NCBI GenBank assembly: GCA_963837055.1
Contig: CAWILU010000003.1
Coordinates: 199,524 to 263,523 of the forward strand
Length of the DNA: 64,000 nucleotides
Direction of reading: 5' to 3'
From: an uncultured Acidobacteriota bacterium
GTDB lineage: Bacteria > Actinomycetota > Acidimicrobiia > Spongiisociales > ZC4RG35
Shown: positions 47,887-55,905 of the stretch, in pieces
How the letters are laid out: each line of letters opens with the position of its first letter
Position numbering within the stretch: position 1 is the first letter of the stretch
The notes under the pieces: generated by a model
The model's input: the letters and a program-made list of their open reading frames with translations, nothing else
The model's database searches: none
What the model was told of the DNA's origin: nothing
Translations under genes and position numbers: made by a program

Positions 47887-48077
47887 CGGCCTGCCCTGGC
47901 GGTCGCCGGGGCTTTTTGTTCCTGTTCGGCAGAGTTGTTCTCTGCGAACACCGACTCACATCTGGAGCAGAGCAGGCTCAGCCCAACGACTTCACCATTG
48001 AGGCCCTTGTCGATTCCGAGAAGATTGGCTTCCTCGTGACCGCATGTCGGACACGGGAAACCGACGGCAAGATTCAT
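47883..48077 (-). CDS. Small CxxC...CxxC zinc-ribbon-like protein (64 aa)
   Basis: CPTCG...CSRCE. GGAGGG Shine-Dalgarno 6 nt upstream of the ATG. Its 3' end overlaps the sigma gene stop by 4 nt. Confidence 0.5.
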   Translation of the reverse strand: MNLAVGFPCPTCGHEEANLLGIDKGLNGEVVGLSLLCSRCESVFAENNSAEQEQKAPATARAGR

Positions 48078-48203
48078 CGTGATCCCTCCAGTTGGTCGTG
48101 GCCCTCACGACCCAGGACGATCGTGCCTCACCTGAACGGCATCTGAACAGGGGGATCGCCCCTTGGGGAATTACCCCTACGGGCGCTCTACGTTCTACGT
48201 TTC

Positions 48204-49487
48204 TTACGACGTGCGGAGAGCGCGTTCCAGACGGGAGAAGCCCTCGTCTGCCTCCTCCTCGGTGATCGAGAGCGGAGGGGCCAGCCGCAGCGAGTTGCCG
48301 TAGAGACCGCCCTTTCCAATCAGGAGGCCCTCTTCCCTGGCGGCCTCCAGGACCGCGGAGGCAGCCTCCGGCGCCGGCGTCCCATCGGGCTTCACCAATT
48401 CGAGGCCGATCATCAGGCCCTTGCCCCGCACCTCGCCGATGATCTCTAGCTCCTCGGAAAGAGGCACCAGGTTCTGCATCAGCCGGTTCCCCACCTTGAG
48501 GGCGTTGGTCTGGAGGTCGTTGTCGAGCAGATAGTCGAGATTGGCCAGCGCTCCGGCCGTCGCCAGTGGGTTGCCACCGAAGGTGGATATGCCGAGAGCC
48601 GGATAGGAGTCCATCAACTCGGCAGAGGCCACCACCCCCCCGATGCTGAGCCCATTGCCTATCCCCTTGGCGAAGGTGAGCAGGTCGGGAACGATGTCAT
48701 GGGCCTGGTAGCCCCAGAAGTGCTCGCCGGTCCGTCCCCAACCGGTTTGGACCTCATCCGAGATGAAGAGGATCCCGTGCTCGTCGAGGACCTCTTTCAT
48801 CGCCCGAAAGAAGCCATCGGGCGGTGTCACGAAGCCTCCGACACCCTGTATCGGCTCGGCGATCATCACCGCCGGGCTCCCCGCCGCGGCGACGCCGAGC
48901 AGGTCTTTGAGATCGGCGACACATGCGGCGATGAACTCCTCGTCGGGCAGGTGCCCGAACGGGCTGCGCAGCTTGTAACCGCCGTGGACATAGGTCACCT
49001 GGAACGGGGAGAAACTGGTGCCGGACCAGGCCTTTTGACCGGTGACCGCGATCGCCGAGTGTGACTTGCCGTGATAGCTGCCCCGAATCGCCAGCACCTG
49101 GTTCGACTTCTGCTGGGTAGTGGCGATCATCAGGGCGGTGTCATTGGCCTCGGTACCCGAATTCGTGAAGAAGACTTTGGCGTCAGGGATCCCGGAGAGC
49201 CCGGCGACCCGCTCCGCAAGCTCGATCTGTGACTCGATCAGATAGAGCGTCGAGGTGTGGAGCATCTTGTCTGCCTGCGCCTTGATTGCCTGCACCACCT
49301 CGGGCACCTTGTAGCCCGACATCGTGACCAGGATCCCGCCGAAGAAATCGAGGTACCGATTTCCCTCAGCATCGGTGACCCACCGGCCATCACCGTCGAC
49401 GATGGCGATGGGCTGCTCGTAGTAGAGGGGTGCCCATCCGGGCAACACCGACTTGTGTCTTTCGTAGAGCTCGGCGTGCCGTCCCAT
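48204..49487 (-). CDS. Class III (omega) PLP aminotransferase
   Basis: TNSGTEANDTAL...EPIQGVGGF...DEVQTGWGRTG...TFAKGIGNG. Confidence 0.85.
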   Translation of the reverse strand: MGRHAELYERHKSVLPGWAPLYYEQPIAIVDGDGRWVTDAEGNRYLDFFGGILVTMSGYKVPEVVQAIKAQADKMLHTSTLYLIESQIELAERVAGLSGIPDAKVFFTNSGTEANDTALMIATTQQKSNQVLAIRGSYHGKSHSAIAVTGQKAWSGTSFSPFQVTYVHGGYKLRSPFGHLPDEEFIAACVADLKDLLGVAAAGSPAVMIAEPIQGVGGFVTPPDGFFRAMKEVLDEHGILFISDEVQTGWGRTGEHFWGYQAHDIVPDLLTFAKGIGNGLSIGGVVASAELMDSYPALGISTFGGNPLATAGALANLDYLLDNDLQTNALKVGNRLMQNLVPLSEELEIIGEVRGKGLMIGLELVKPDGTPAPEAASAVLEAAREEGLLIGKGGLYGNSLRLAPPLSITEEEADEGFSRLERALRTS

Positions 49488-49514
49488 CGTTCCTCCCTTG
49501 CTAGTGGCCCGTCA

Positions 49515-50240
49515 CTAGGCCTTCAAATATCGCATGAACAGCGAGCGATCGCCCATCAAGGCCCGGTCGAGCCTCATGTCGAGCGGTGGCTCGGCAGACG
49601 CTCCGTGAGCGATCCGGGCCGAATGGCCCGCGATCATGATGGGTGCGAGGGTCAAGTCGAGCTCATCGACCAAATGCTCGGCGACGAATTGGCCAACCAA
49701 CGTGGGCCCTCCTTCACAGAGGATCACTTTGGCCGCGGCCAGCCGGGCCAGAATCGCACCTGGGGTCACCTCGTCGAGGATCACGACGTCCGCCGCGTCC
49801 CCCAGCATCGCCAGCTTGGCAGGATCGGCCTGGGGCCCCGTTATGACCATGGGCCGATACTCGGGATCCGAGAACACCCGGGCTTCAGGATCGAAACTGA
49901 GCCGCCCGGAGACGATCGCCAGCAGCGGGACCTCGGTCAGCCCGGCGGCTACCCTCCTTTCCCGCCGTTCCTCATCGAGGCTGACGGGGTGATAATCCTC
50001 CGCCTCAACAGTCCCCGACCCGACCAGGACGATGTCGGGGACCGCCCGCAGAGCCTGGAACACAGCCTTGTCGTCGGGATCACCGAGACTCGAAGACTTC
50101 CCGTGGATCGCCGTCCCGCCGTCTGCGGAGCTGATGAAATTGACCAGCACCCAGGGTCGACTCTCGGCTTTGCGCTCGTCAGCCAGATAGAGACCGACGA
50201 GATCTTCGACCGCCTCGCCGGATTCGGACCTTCGCAGCAT
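49515..50240 (-). CDS. RibD C-terminal domain / dihydrofolate-reductase-like pyrimidine reductase family protein
   Basis: 241 aa. NFISSADGG...DKAVFQALRAVPDIVLVGSGTV...ILCEGGPTL. Confidence 0.65.
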   Translation of the reverse strand: MLRRSESGEAVEDLVGLYLADERKAESRPWVLVNFISSADGGTAIHGKSSSLGDPDDKAVFQALRAVPDIVLVGSGTVEAEDYHPVSLDEERRERRVAAGLTEVPLLAIVSGRLSFDPEARVFSDPEYRPMVITGPQADPAKLAMLGDAADVVILDEVTPGAILARLAAAKVILCEGGPTLVGQFVAEHLVDELDLTLAPIMIAGHSARIAHGASAEPPLDMRLDRALMGDRSLFMRYLKA

Positions 50241-50269
50241 CGGCGCAAGTTAGCGGCCCGGGCTCAGCC

Positions 50270-51661
50270 CTACTCCTCGACGATGAAGGCCGTCACCATC
50301 CCGAACATCCCCTCGTCCCTCTCCACATGGGTGAGGATGTGGCAGTGCCAGACCCAGACGCCCGGGTCCTCGAGTTGCATCAACACCGAATACCGCTCAC
50401 CCGGGGCGACGTTGAGTGTGTCGATCCAATAGGGGTGATCGAGTGGCACGCCGTCCTTGGCGTAGACCAGTTGACGGAATTGATGCTGGTGCATCGGGTG
50501 AATCTGGAGGCCCTCGTTGAAATAGTGGACCACCACCCAATCCCCAACCTTGCCGGTGTACGGCTGGGTGGCCGGGAACGACTTCCCGTTGAGGCTCAGA
50601 CCGATGACCCCTGCATCGTTCAGGACCATCGGGATCTCCTGGGAAACCACCAGGTCTTCTGGGATCTCGACGCCTGAGACGGTCTGGCCGACCGGCTTCG
50701 CTACCTCGCCGACCATGAACGTCCCGAACATCCCGTTGGGGACCTGCATCTGCCCGTGGTGATGGGCGTGGTACATCGCCACCATCGGCTCCCGGGTGGT
50801 GAACTCGTAGACGAAGCTCTCACCGGATTTGATGAGCGGCTGGGTGATAGGCGCGACCCCGTCCATGCTGTTGGGGACCTTCACCCCATGCCAGTGGACA
50901 TCGGTACCCATCGGAAGTTGGTTCTCCACGACCACTCGCACCTTGTCCCCTACCTCCACCTGGATCCTCGGCGCCGGCACCATCCCGTTGTACGTCCAGG
51001 CTTCGACCAACTTGCCCGGCTCGACTTCCCAGTCGGTGATCGCCGCCGTCAGGTGGAACTCCTTGGTGCCGTCGGCCAGAACGGTCGGCTCGAGCGTCTG
51101 ATTGCCCAGACCCTCCGTCTCGGCGGGGAAGGCAAGGATCGACTCCTCCATCAGCCGATCGAGCTCGGCCCAATCGGCTTCGGTGCCCTCGTGGTCGCCA
51201 TGGTCGCCCTCACCGGGGCCAACCGCCCCTTCGACCACGTTGATCGTTGCCTCCATCCCCGCCTCCCGATGACCCGCGATCGAGCAGAAGATCACATAGG
51301 AGCCCGGGGCGAGCTCGCCAACGTCCAATTGCGCCGATTCTCCGGCGGCGAGGTCCGGGGTAGTCGGTCCACCCTCCAGGGTCAGATTGTGGGCCGTCGA
51401 CCCATCATTCGTGGCCTGAAGCACGGTTGCCCCGGCCGGGATCTCGGACGAGCCGTCGATAGCGAACTCCGACAACGAGTACTCGATGATCTGTTGGTCA
51501 GCAGGCTCACCCTCCTCGCCGGTGGCGCCCGCCGGCTCGCCGCGGAAAGCGACGATCGCGGCCAGGACGGCCACCGCCACACCGAGCAACGCCAGGATTA
51601 TCAGGAAGCGATCGAAGGCGCGGGCAGGCGAGAGATCCCGCGTGTCATCACGTTCAGTCAT
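50270..51661 (-). CDS. Membrane-anchored cupredoxin domain fused to a two-domain multicopper oxidase
   Basis: N-terminal TM. Cupredoxin TAHNL...FCSIAGHREAGM. All four MCO Cu motifs are present: HWHGV, MYHAHHHG, HPMHQH and WHCHILTHVERDEGM. Confidence 0.8.
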   Translation of the reverse strand: MTERDDTRDLSPARAFDRFLIILALLGVAVAVLAAIVAFRGEPAGATGEEGEPADQQIIEYSLSEFAIDGSSEIPAGATVLQATNDGSTAHNLTLEGGPTTPDLAAGESAQLDVGELAPGSYVIFCSIAGHREAGMEATINVVEGAVGPGEGDHGDHEGTEADWAELDRLMEESILAFPAETEGLGNQTLEPTVLADGTKEFHLTAAITDWEVEPGKLVEAWTYNGMVPAPRIQVEVGDKVRVVVENQLPMGTDVHWHGVKVPNSMDGVAPITQPLIKSGESFVYEFTTREPMVAMYHAHHHGQMQVPNGMFGTFMVGEVAKPVGQTVSGVEIPEDLVVSQEIPMVLNDAGVIGLSLNGKSFPATQPYTGKVGDWVVVHYFNEGLQIHPMHQHQFRQLVYAKDGVPLDHPYWIDTLNVAPGERYSVLMQLEDPGVWVWHCHILTHVERDEGMFGMVTAFIVEE

Positions 51662-51695
51662 GGAAGAGAAACTAAGAACCCCGCGGCATGCCCAA

Positions 51696-51713
51696 TAGGG
51701 ACGATCGGCCCTA
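51696..51713. promoter_or_regulatory. Near-palindrome TAGGGACGATCGGCCCTA (DevR/DosR-box-like) in the MCO/CBS divergent intergenic region
   Basis: Read directly. 8 of 9 symmetric pairs. GGGAC-N4-GgCCC matches the GGGAC-N4-GTCCC core spacing of the mycobacterial DevR box. Confidence 0.4.
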
Positions 51714-51769
51714 AACGACCTCGTGCCCCGGGGCGAAGATCGGATGAGACATCAATGGAGGTTTTTCAG

Positions 51770-52147
51770 ATGAGAGTGCGGGAACTGGTTGGAGGCGACG
51801 TGGTGTGGGTCGCGCCGGGGGCCACACTGCGCCAGGCCGCCGAGTTGATGATCTCCACCGAGGTCGGCTCTGTCGCGGTAGAGGTCGACGGCGCCCTCGA
51901 GGGGATCCTCACTGAGCGCGACATCCTGCGAGCCGTCGCCGACGATGCCGACCTCGACACCGACTCCACGAGCGGGTGGATGACGGAGTATCCCGACTCG
52001 TTCACCCCCGAGATGGAGGTCCACGACGCGGCCGATTGGATGCTGGCCACGGGTTTCAGGCATCTCCCGGTCGTCGATGGCGACGAGGTGCTCGGGGTTA
52101 TTTCGATCAAGGACGTCCTCTGGGCCCTCACAGATGAAAAGGGGTGA
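51770..52147 (+). CDS. CBS-pair-only protein
   Basis: MRVRELVGGDVVWVAPGATLRQAAELM...GILTERDILRAV...HLPVVDGDEVLGVISIKDVL. GGAGG lies 8 nt upstream. The long ORF-track N-terminal extension from 50756 is antisense to the MCO gene. Confidence 0.8.
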   Translation: MRVRELVGGDVVWVAPGATLRQAAELMISTEVGSVAVEVDGALEGILTERDILRAVADDADLDTDSTSGWMTEYPDSFTPEMEVHDAADWMLATGFRHLPVVDGDEVLGVISIKDVLWALTDEKG

Positions 52148-52150
52148 GCC

Positions 52151-52613
52151 TTGGAGCCAATCAGCGACGAGGAGGCCATCGAGTTCCTCAGGGATGCGAT
52201 GGTGGCCCATCTCGGCGTCGTCCATGACGGCGAGCCTTATGTGACCCCGATGTCGTTCGTCGTCGACGGGCGACGTCTCCTGTTTCGTACCAAGCCGGGC
52301 AAGAGGTTCGAGGCAATCGAGGAGAATCCAAGGGTGTGCGTCGAAGTCTCCCGCTTCGACGACGTGTCCGGGGACTGGGTGAGCGTTGTGGTCAAAGGGA
52401 ATGCGGTCGAGCGAACCGACGAGCCGACCACCTCCCGCGCTGTCGAGACTGCTCCTCGAGAAGTATGCGTCGGTCCTCGGGTCGCCCCTGAGCACCGGTG
52501 GCCTGCAACCAATGGCGAGCTTCCCCCATGTGCTCGAAGTCAGCATCGATGAGATCACCGGCTTGACATCAGGCCGTGGGTTCTCCTATCGGACCCGGCC
52601 CGGCCGCCTCTGA
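52151..52613 (+). pseudogene. Pyridoxamine 5'-phosphate oxidase-like (FMN/F420 split-barrel) protein with one +1 frameshift
   Basis: N-terminus in ORF 52151 (LRDAMVAHLGVVHDGEPYVTPMSFVVDGRRLLFRTKPG...VCVEV). C-terminus in ORF 52386 frame (LLLEKYASVLGSPL...HVLEVSIDEITGL). Shift near 52448. The second-frame stop overlaps the next ATG (TGATG). Confidence 0.65.
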
Positions 52614-53071
52614 TGTTCCTCCACCATGAGGCCGACCTGCCTCTGAGCATGCCCGAGGTGGAGCATGGAATCGAGGCGCTTCGCTCCGATCTCGGCACCA
52701 TCGCCAACGTCGCATATCGGAAAGGGGAGGAATTGCGGGCCAAGGTCGGCCCCGGAACTGGAAGTGTCGCCAAGGAGGTGCGACTCGAAATCGGCTCTCC
52801 GGAAATCCACCGCACCGGGCTGATCTACCCGGTCAAGTGGTCAGCGGTGGGCTCGGAGGTGCTCTTCCCGCGCTTGACCGCCGACTTGATCGTCTCTCAT
52901 GTCGGTCACGATCGGACAAGGATCGTCCTGGACGGAACCTACCAGCCGCCGCTCGGCCAACTGGGCAAGGTCGTCGACCGAGTGCTGTTGCGACGGGTCG
53001 CCGAATCCACCGTCAAATCGTGGATGGACGGCCTGGCGGATTCGCTCACCTCGGGTCGGCCCGTCACCTGA
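52613..53071 (+). CDS. Hypothetical protein (possibly SRPBCC-like)
   Basis: 152-aa ORF, coding-type GC3, translationally coupled to the upstream gene. Confidence 0.45.
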   Translation: MFLHHEADLPLSMPEVEHGIEALRSDLGTIANVAYRKGEELRAKVGPGTGSVAKEVRLEIGSPEIHRTGLIYPVKWSAVGSEVLFPRLTADLIVSHVGHDRTRIVLDGTYQPPLGQLGKVVDRVLLRRVAESTVKSWMDGLADSLTSGRPVT

Positions 53072-54173
53072 TCGGCAGACGAACCTCTACGATCGTCCCC
53101 GAGCCCTCCGCGCTCTTCACCTGAACCTCTCCGCCAAGCCCCTCCGCACGGGCGCTCAAGTTGGCCAACCCCATCCCGGTTGCCGTTAGCGAAGGGTCGA
53201 ACCCGGCCCCGTTGTCGGAAACCACCACCTGAGCCGAATCGTCGTCGGCATCGACGACAACCTCGACTCGAGTGCCCCGGGAATGGCGCAGTGCGTTGCT
53301 CAGGGCCTCGGTGACGAATTTGACGACCTCGTCCTCGAGCTGCCCGGTGGGCAGGCGTGCGATGGCGATCTCCAGCGTCACCGACGCCGGATAGGCCGAG
53401 CCCATGCGTGAGACCAGCTCCTGGAGGCGGTCGTCGAGTTGACGTCTGTCGCCGCTCGTTCGCAGCTGGAAGATGTAGGCGCGCAGCGCCTCGACGACTT
53501 CGTCCAACCGGTCCACCGAAGCATCGATGGTCGCGGCGGCCGCAGAGTCGGTCACCCGCTCGGCGATCCCCTGCAGGGCAAGACCGACCGCAAACAGGTC
53601 TTGAATCACCGAGTCATGTAGGTCCCGGGCAATTCTCTCCCGATCCTCGCCGACCGCGATCGAGCGGAGACGCTCCTGAAGCCGTGCCGTGGTCACCGCC
53701 GAGCCGGCGATACGGCTCAACGCCTCGACGAGCACCACGTCGTCATCGGTGAACCCACCCTTTTTCTCGGTGAGATAGAGGTTGCCGAAAGCCTTTCCGC
53801 CCGCCGCCACCGGGACACCCAGGAAAGAGCGCATCGGCGGGTGGTTCGGCGGGAAGCCATAGGAGTCGGCGTGATCGGCGATCGAATCCAGGCGAATTGT
53901 TCGCTTCTCCCGTACCAACGTCCCCAGCACCCCCTTCCCGGTTGGTAGCGCTCCTATCCGTGCGGTTTGCTCCTCCGTGAATCCATCGTGGAGGAATTCG
54001 CTGAGCACCCCGTGCTCCCCGATGACGCCGAGAGCGGCGTATCTGGCTCCGGTTGCCGCCTTCGCCTCTGCCACCAGACCTCTGAGCACTTGCTCCAGAT
54101 CCCCGGCTCCAACCACGGCTGCTGCCGCTTCGATCAGCTCGGGTAACCGGCGCACACCTTTTGACTTGCCCAT
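53064..54173 (-). CDS. Cytoplasmic GAF-domain sensor histidine kinase (HisKA_3 / NarL-partner type)
   Basis: GAF: ARYAALGVI...FLGVPV...FGNLYLTEK. H-box RERIARDLHDSVIQDLF. HATPase NALRHS...DNGAGF...GMGLANL. Confidence 0.85.
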   Translation of the reverse strand: MGKSKGVRRLPELIEAAAAVVGAGDLEQVLRGLVAEAKAATGARYAALGVIGEHGVLSEFLHDGFTEEQTARIGALPTGKGVLGTLVREKRTIRLDSIADHADSYGFPPNHPPMRSFLGVPVAAGGKAFGNLYLTEKKGGFTDDDVVLVEALSRIAGSAVTTARLQERLRSIAVGEDRERIARDLHDSVIQDLFAVGLALQGIAERVTDSAAAATIDASVDRLDEVVEALRAYIFQLRTSGDRRQLDDRLQELVSRMGSAYPASVTLEIAIARLPTGQLEDEVVKFVTEALSNALRHSRGTRVEVVVDADDDSAQVVVSDNGAGFDPSLTATGMGLANLSARAEGLGGEVQVKSAEGSGTIVEVRLPIR

Positions 54174-54207
54174 CTGCCGGCGACCATACCGCTACCGTTT
54201 TTCCCCG

Positions 54208-54885
54208 ATGTCGAAACTCAAAGTCCTATTGGTTGACGACCACGAGATCGTCCGAGCCGGGATCAAGGCACTTCTCGACGCCGAGGACGACCTCGTCGTC
54301 GTCGGTGAGGCCGGAACGGCGACCGAGGCGGTGCGGCGGGTTGGCTATGACGAGCCCGATGTAGTTGTGCTGGATGTTCGTCTTCCCGACGGGAGCGGGG
54401 TCGAGGCATGCCGGGACATCCGGTCCCGGTTCCCGGAGGTGAAAGTGCTGATGCTGACCTCGTTCGCAGACGAGGAGGCACTGATGTCGGCGATCCTGGC
54501 CGGTGCTTCCGGCTATGTCCTCAAACGGGTGAAGATGACCGATCTGGTCGACGACATCCGGAGAGTGGGCGCTGGCGAGTCCCTTCTCGATCCGGACATG
54601 ACCGAGCGTCTGTTCGCCCGTCTCCGCAGTGGCCCCAATGATGACCCTCTCCTGTCGAGACTGAGCAAACAGGAGCGAACGATCGTCGGCCACATCGCCG
54701 ATGGGCTTACCAACAAGCAGATCGCCGACGAGATGTTCCTGGCCGAGAAGACGGTGAAGAACTACGTATCCAACCTCCTGGCCAAGATGGGAATGAGCCG
54801 CCGGAGCGAGGCCGCTGCCTATGTTGCCCGGCTCGAGGGCGAGCACGAGGGCGCCGAGTCGGCTCAGGGCTGGGGAGAGGATTGA
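54208..54885 (+). CDS. NarL/LuxR family response regulator
   Basis: KVLLVDDHEIVRAGI...VVVLDVRLPDGSG...LMLTS. LuxR HTH LSKQERTIVGHIADGLTNKQIADEMFLAEKTVKNYVSNLLAKMG. Confidence 0.9.
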   Translation: MSKLKVLLVDDHEIVRAGIKALLDAEDDLVVVGEAGTATEAVRRVGYDEPDVVVLDVRLPDGSGVEACRDIRSRFPEVKVLMLTSFADEEALMSAILAGASGYVLKRVKMTDLVDDIRRVGAGESLLDPDMTERLFARLRSGPNDDPLLSRLSKQERTIVGHIADGLTNKQIADEMFLAEKTVKNYVSNLLAKMGMSRRSEAAAYVARLEGEHEGAESAQGWGED

Positions 54886-54897
54886 CCTAGCGCACCC

Positions 54898-55905
54898 TCA
54901 CCACGTCGGGACGTACGACGTGAGCGTCTTCATGTAGTTCGACCGCTCGAAGGCAGACGGGTCGGGCACCGCCAGCTGGCTCAGGCTGCCTCGAGCCTGG
55001 GCCACCGACTCGTAATCGTTCTCCTCCAGCCATCCGGCCACGCCATCCCGAACCTCGGTGAGCCGACCCGGCCCGTGACGGAGAAGTGCCGAGGCCATCA
55101 TCACCACCGTGGCGCCGGCCAGGATCGCCTTCACCGCATCTTCGGCCTCGTGGACCCCGGTGGTGGCGGCGAGATCGGCGTCGATCCGACCATGCAGGAT
55201 CGCCATCCATCTCAGCACGAGCCGCAACTCCGCGGAAGAGGACAGATTGAGGTTGGGAGCGACCGCGAGCGTGTCGAGGTCGATGTCCGGCTGATAGAAG
55301 CGGTTGAACAGGACCAGCCCATCCGCGCCGGCATCGGCGAGACGTCTGGCCATCGATGCCATGGCCGAGAAGTAGGGGCCGACCTTGACGGCCAGTGGAA
55401 CATCCACCGCAAACCGGACCGCTTCGACGAGCCGCAGATAGGAGTGCTCGACGTCGGACCCATCCAGGTCGATGTCGGCGGCGACGCGATAGATGTTGAG
55501 CTCGAGTGCGTCGACCCCGCTGTCTTGGAGGATCTTGGCGTAGAGAGTCCAGCCCCCGGTCGACACGCCGTTGAGGCTGGCAATCACGGGGACCTGGGTC
55601 TCCTGCCTGGCTCGTCTCATCAACTCGAGATAGGTCTGCGGCCCGGTGTTGTAGTCATCGAGACGGGGCAGATAGCCACTGGGTGCCTCGGCGAACCCCT
55701 CTGCTCCCATCTCGAGCTCGAAATGGACGGCCAGGGCGTCATGCTCTATCTGCTCCTCGAAGAGACTGGGAAGCACGATCGCAGGGGCGCCGGCCTCGAC
55801 CAACGCCAGGATGTGATCGACATCGCCGGTGAGCGGGGACGCCGATGGCATGATCGGCGAAGACAGGTCGAAGCCCAGATAGCGGGTGGTCAGATCGACA
55901 CTCAC
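54898..55905 (-). CDS. Dihydroorotate dehydrogenase-like (class 1 DHOD fold) protein, PFOR-associated
   Basis: 335 aa. TIM-barrel flavoprotein motifs: PIMPSASP...ASLNG...LELNIY...PLAVKVGPY...LVLFNR...ATTGV. ATGA overlap with the PFOR stop. Confidence 0.7.
   Translation of the reverse strand: MSVDLTTRYLGFDLSSPIMPSASPLTGDVDHILALVEAGAPAIVLPSLFEEQIEHDALAVHFELEMGAEGFAEAPSGYLPRLDDYNTGPQTYLELMRRARQETQVPVIASLNGVSTGGWTLYAKILQDSGVDALELNIYRVAADIDLDGSDVEHSYLRLVEAVRFAVDVPLAVKVGPYFSAMASMARRLADAGADGLVLFNRFYQPDIDLDTLAVAPNLNLSSSAELRLVLRWMAILHGRIDADLAATTGVHEAEDAVKAILAGATVVMMASALLRHGPGRLTEVRDGVAGWLEENDYESVAQARGSLSQLAVPDPSAFERSNYMKTLTSYVPTW

Noticed and set aside
50756-51769. N-terminal ~338 codons of the 463-aa ORF 50756-52147
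   Set aside because: This part is antisense to the multicopper oxidase. Only the last 126 codons (from ATG 51770, preceded by GGAGG) form the CBS-domain gene.
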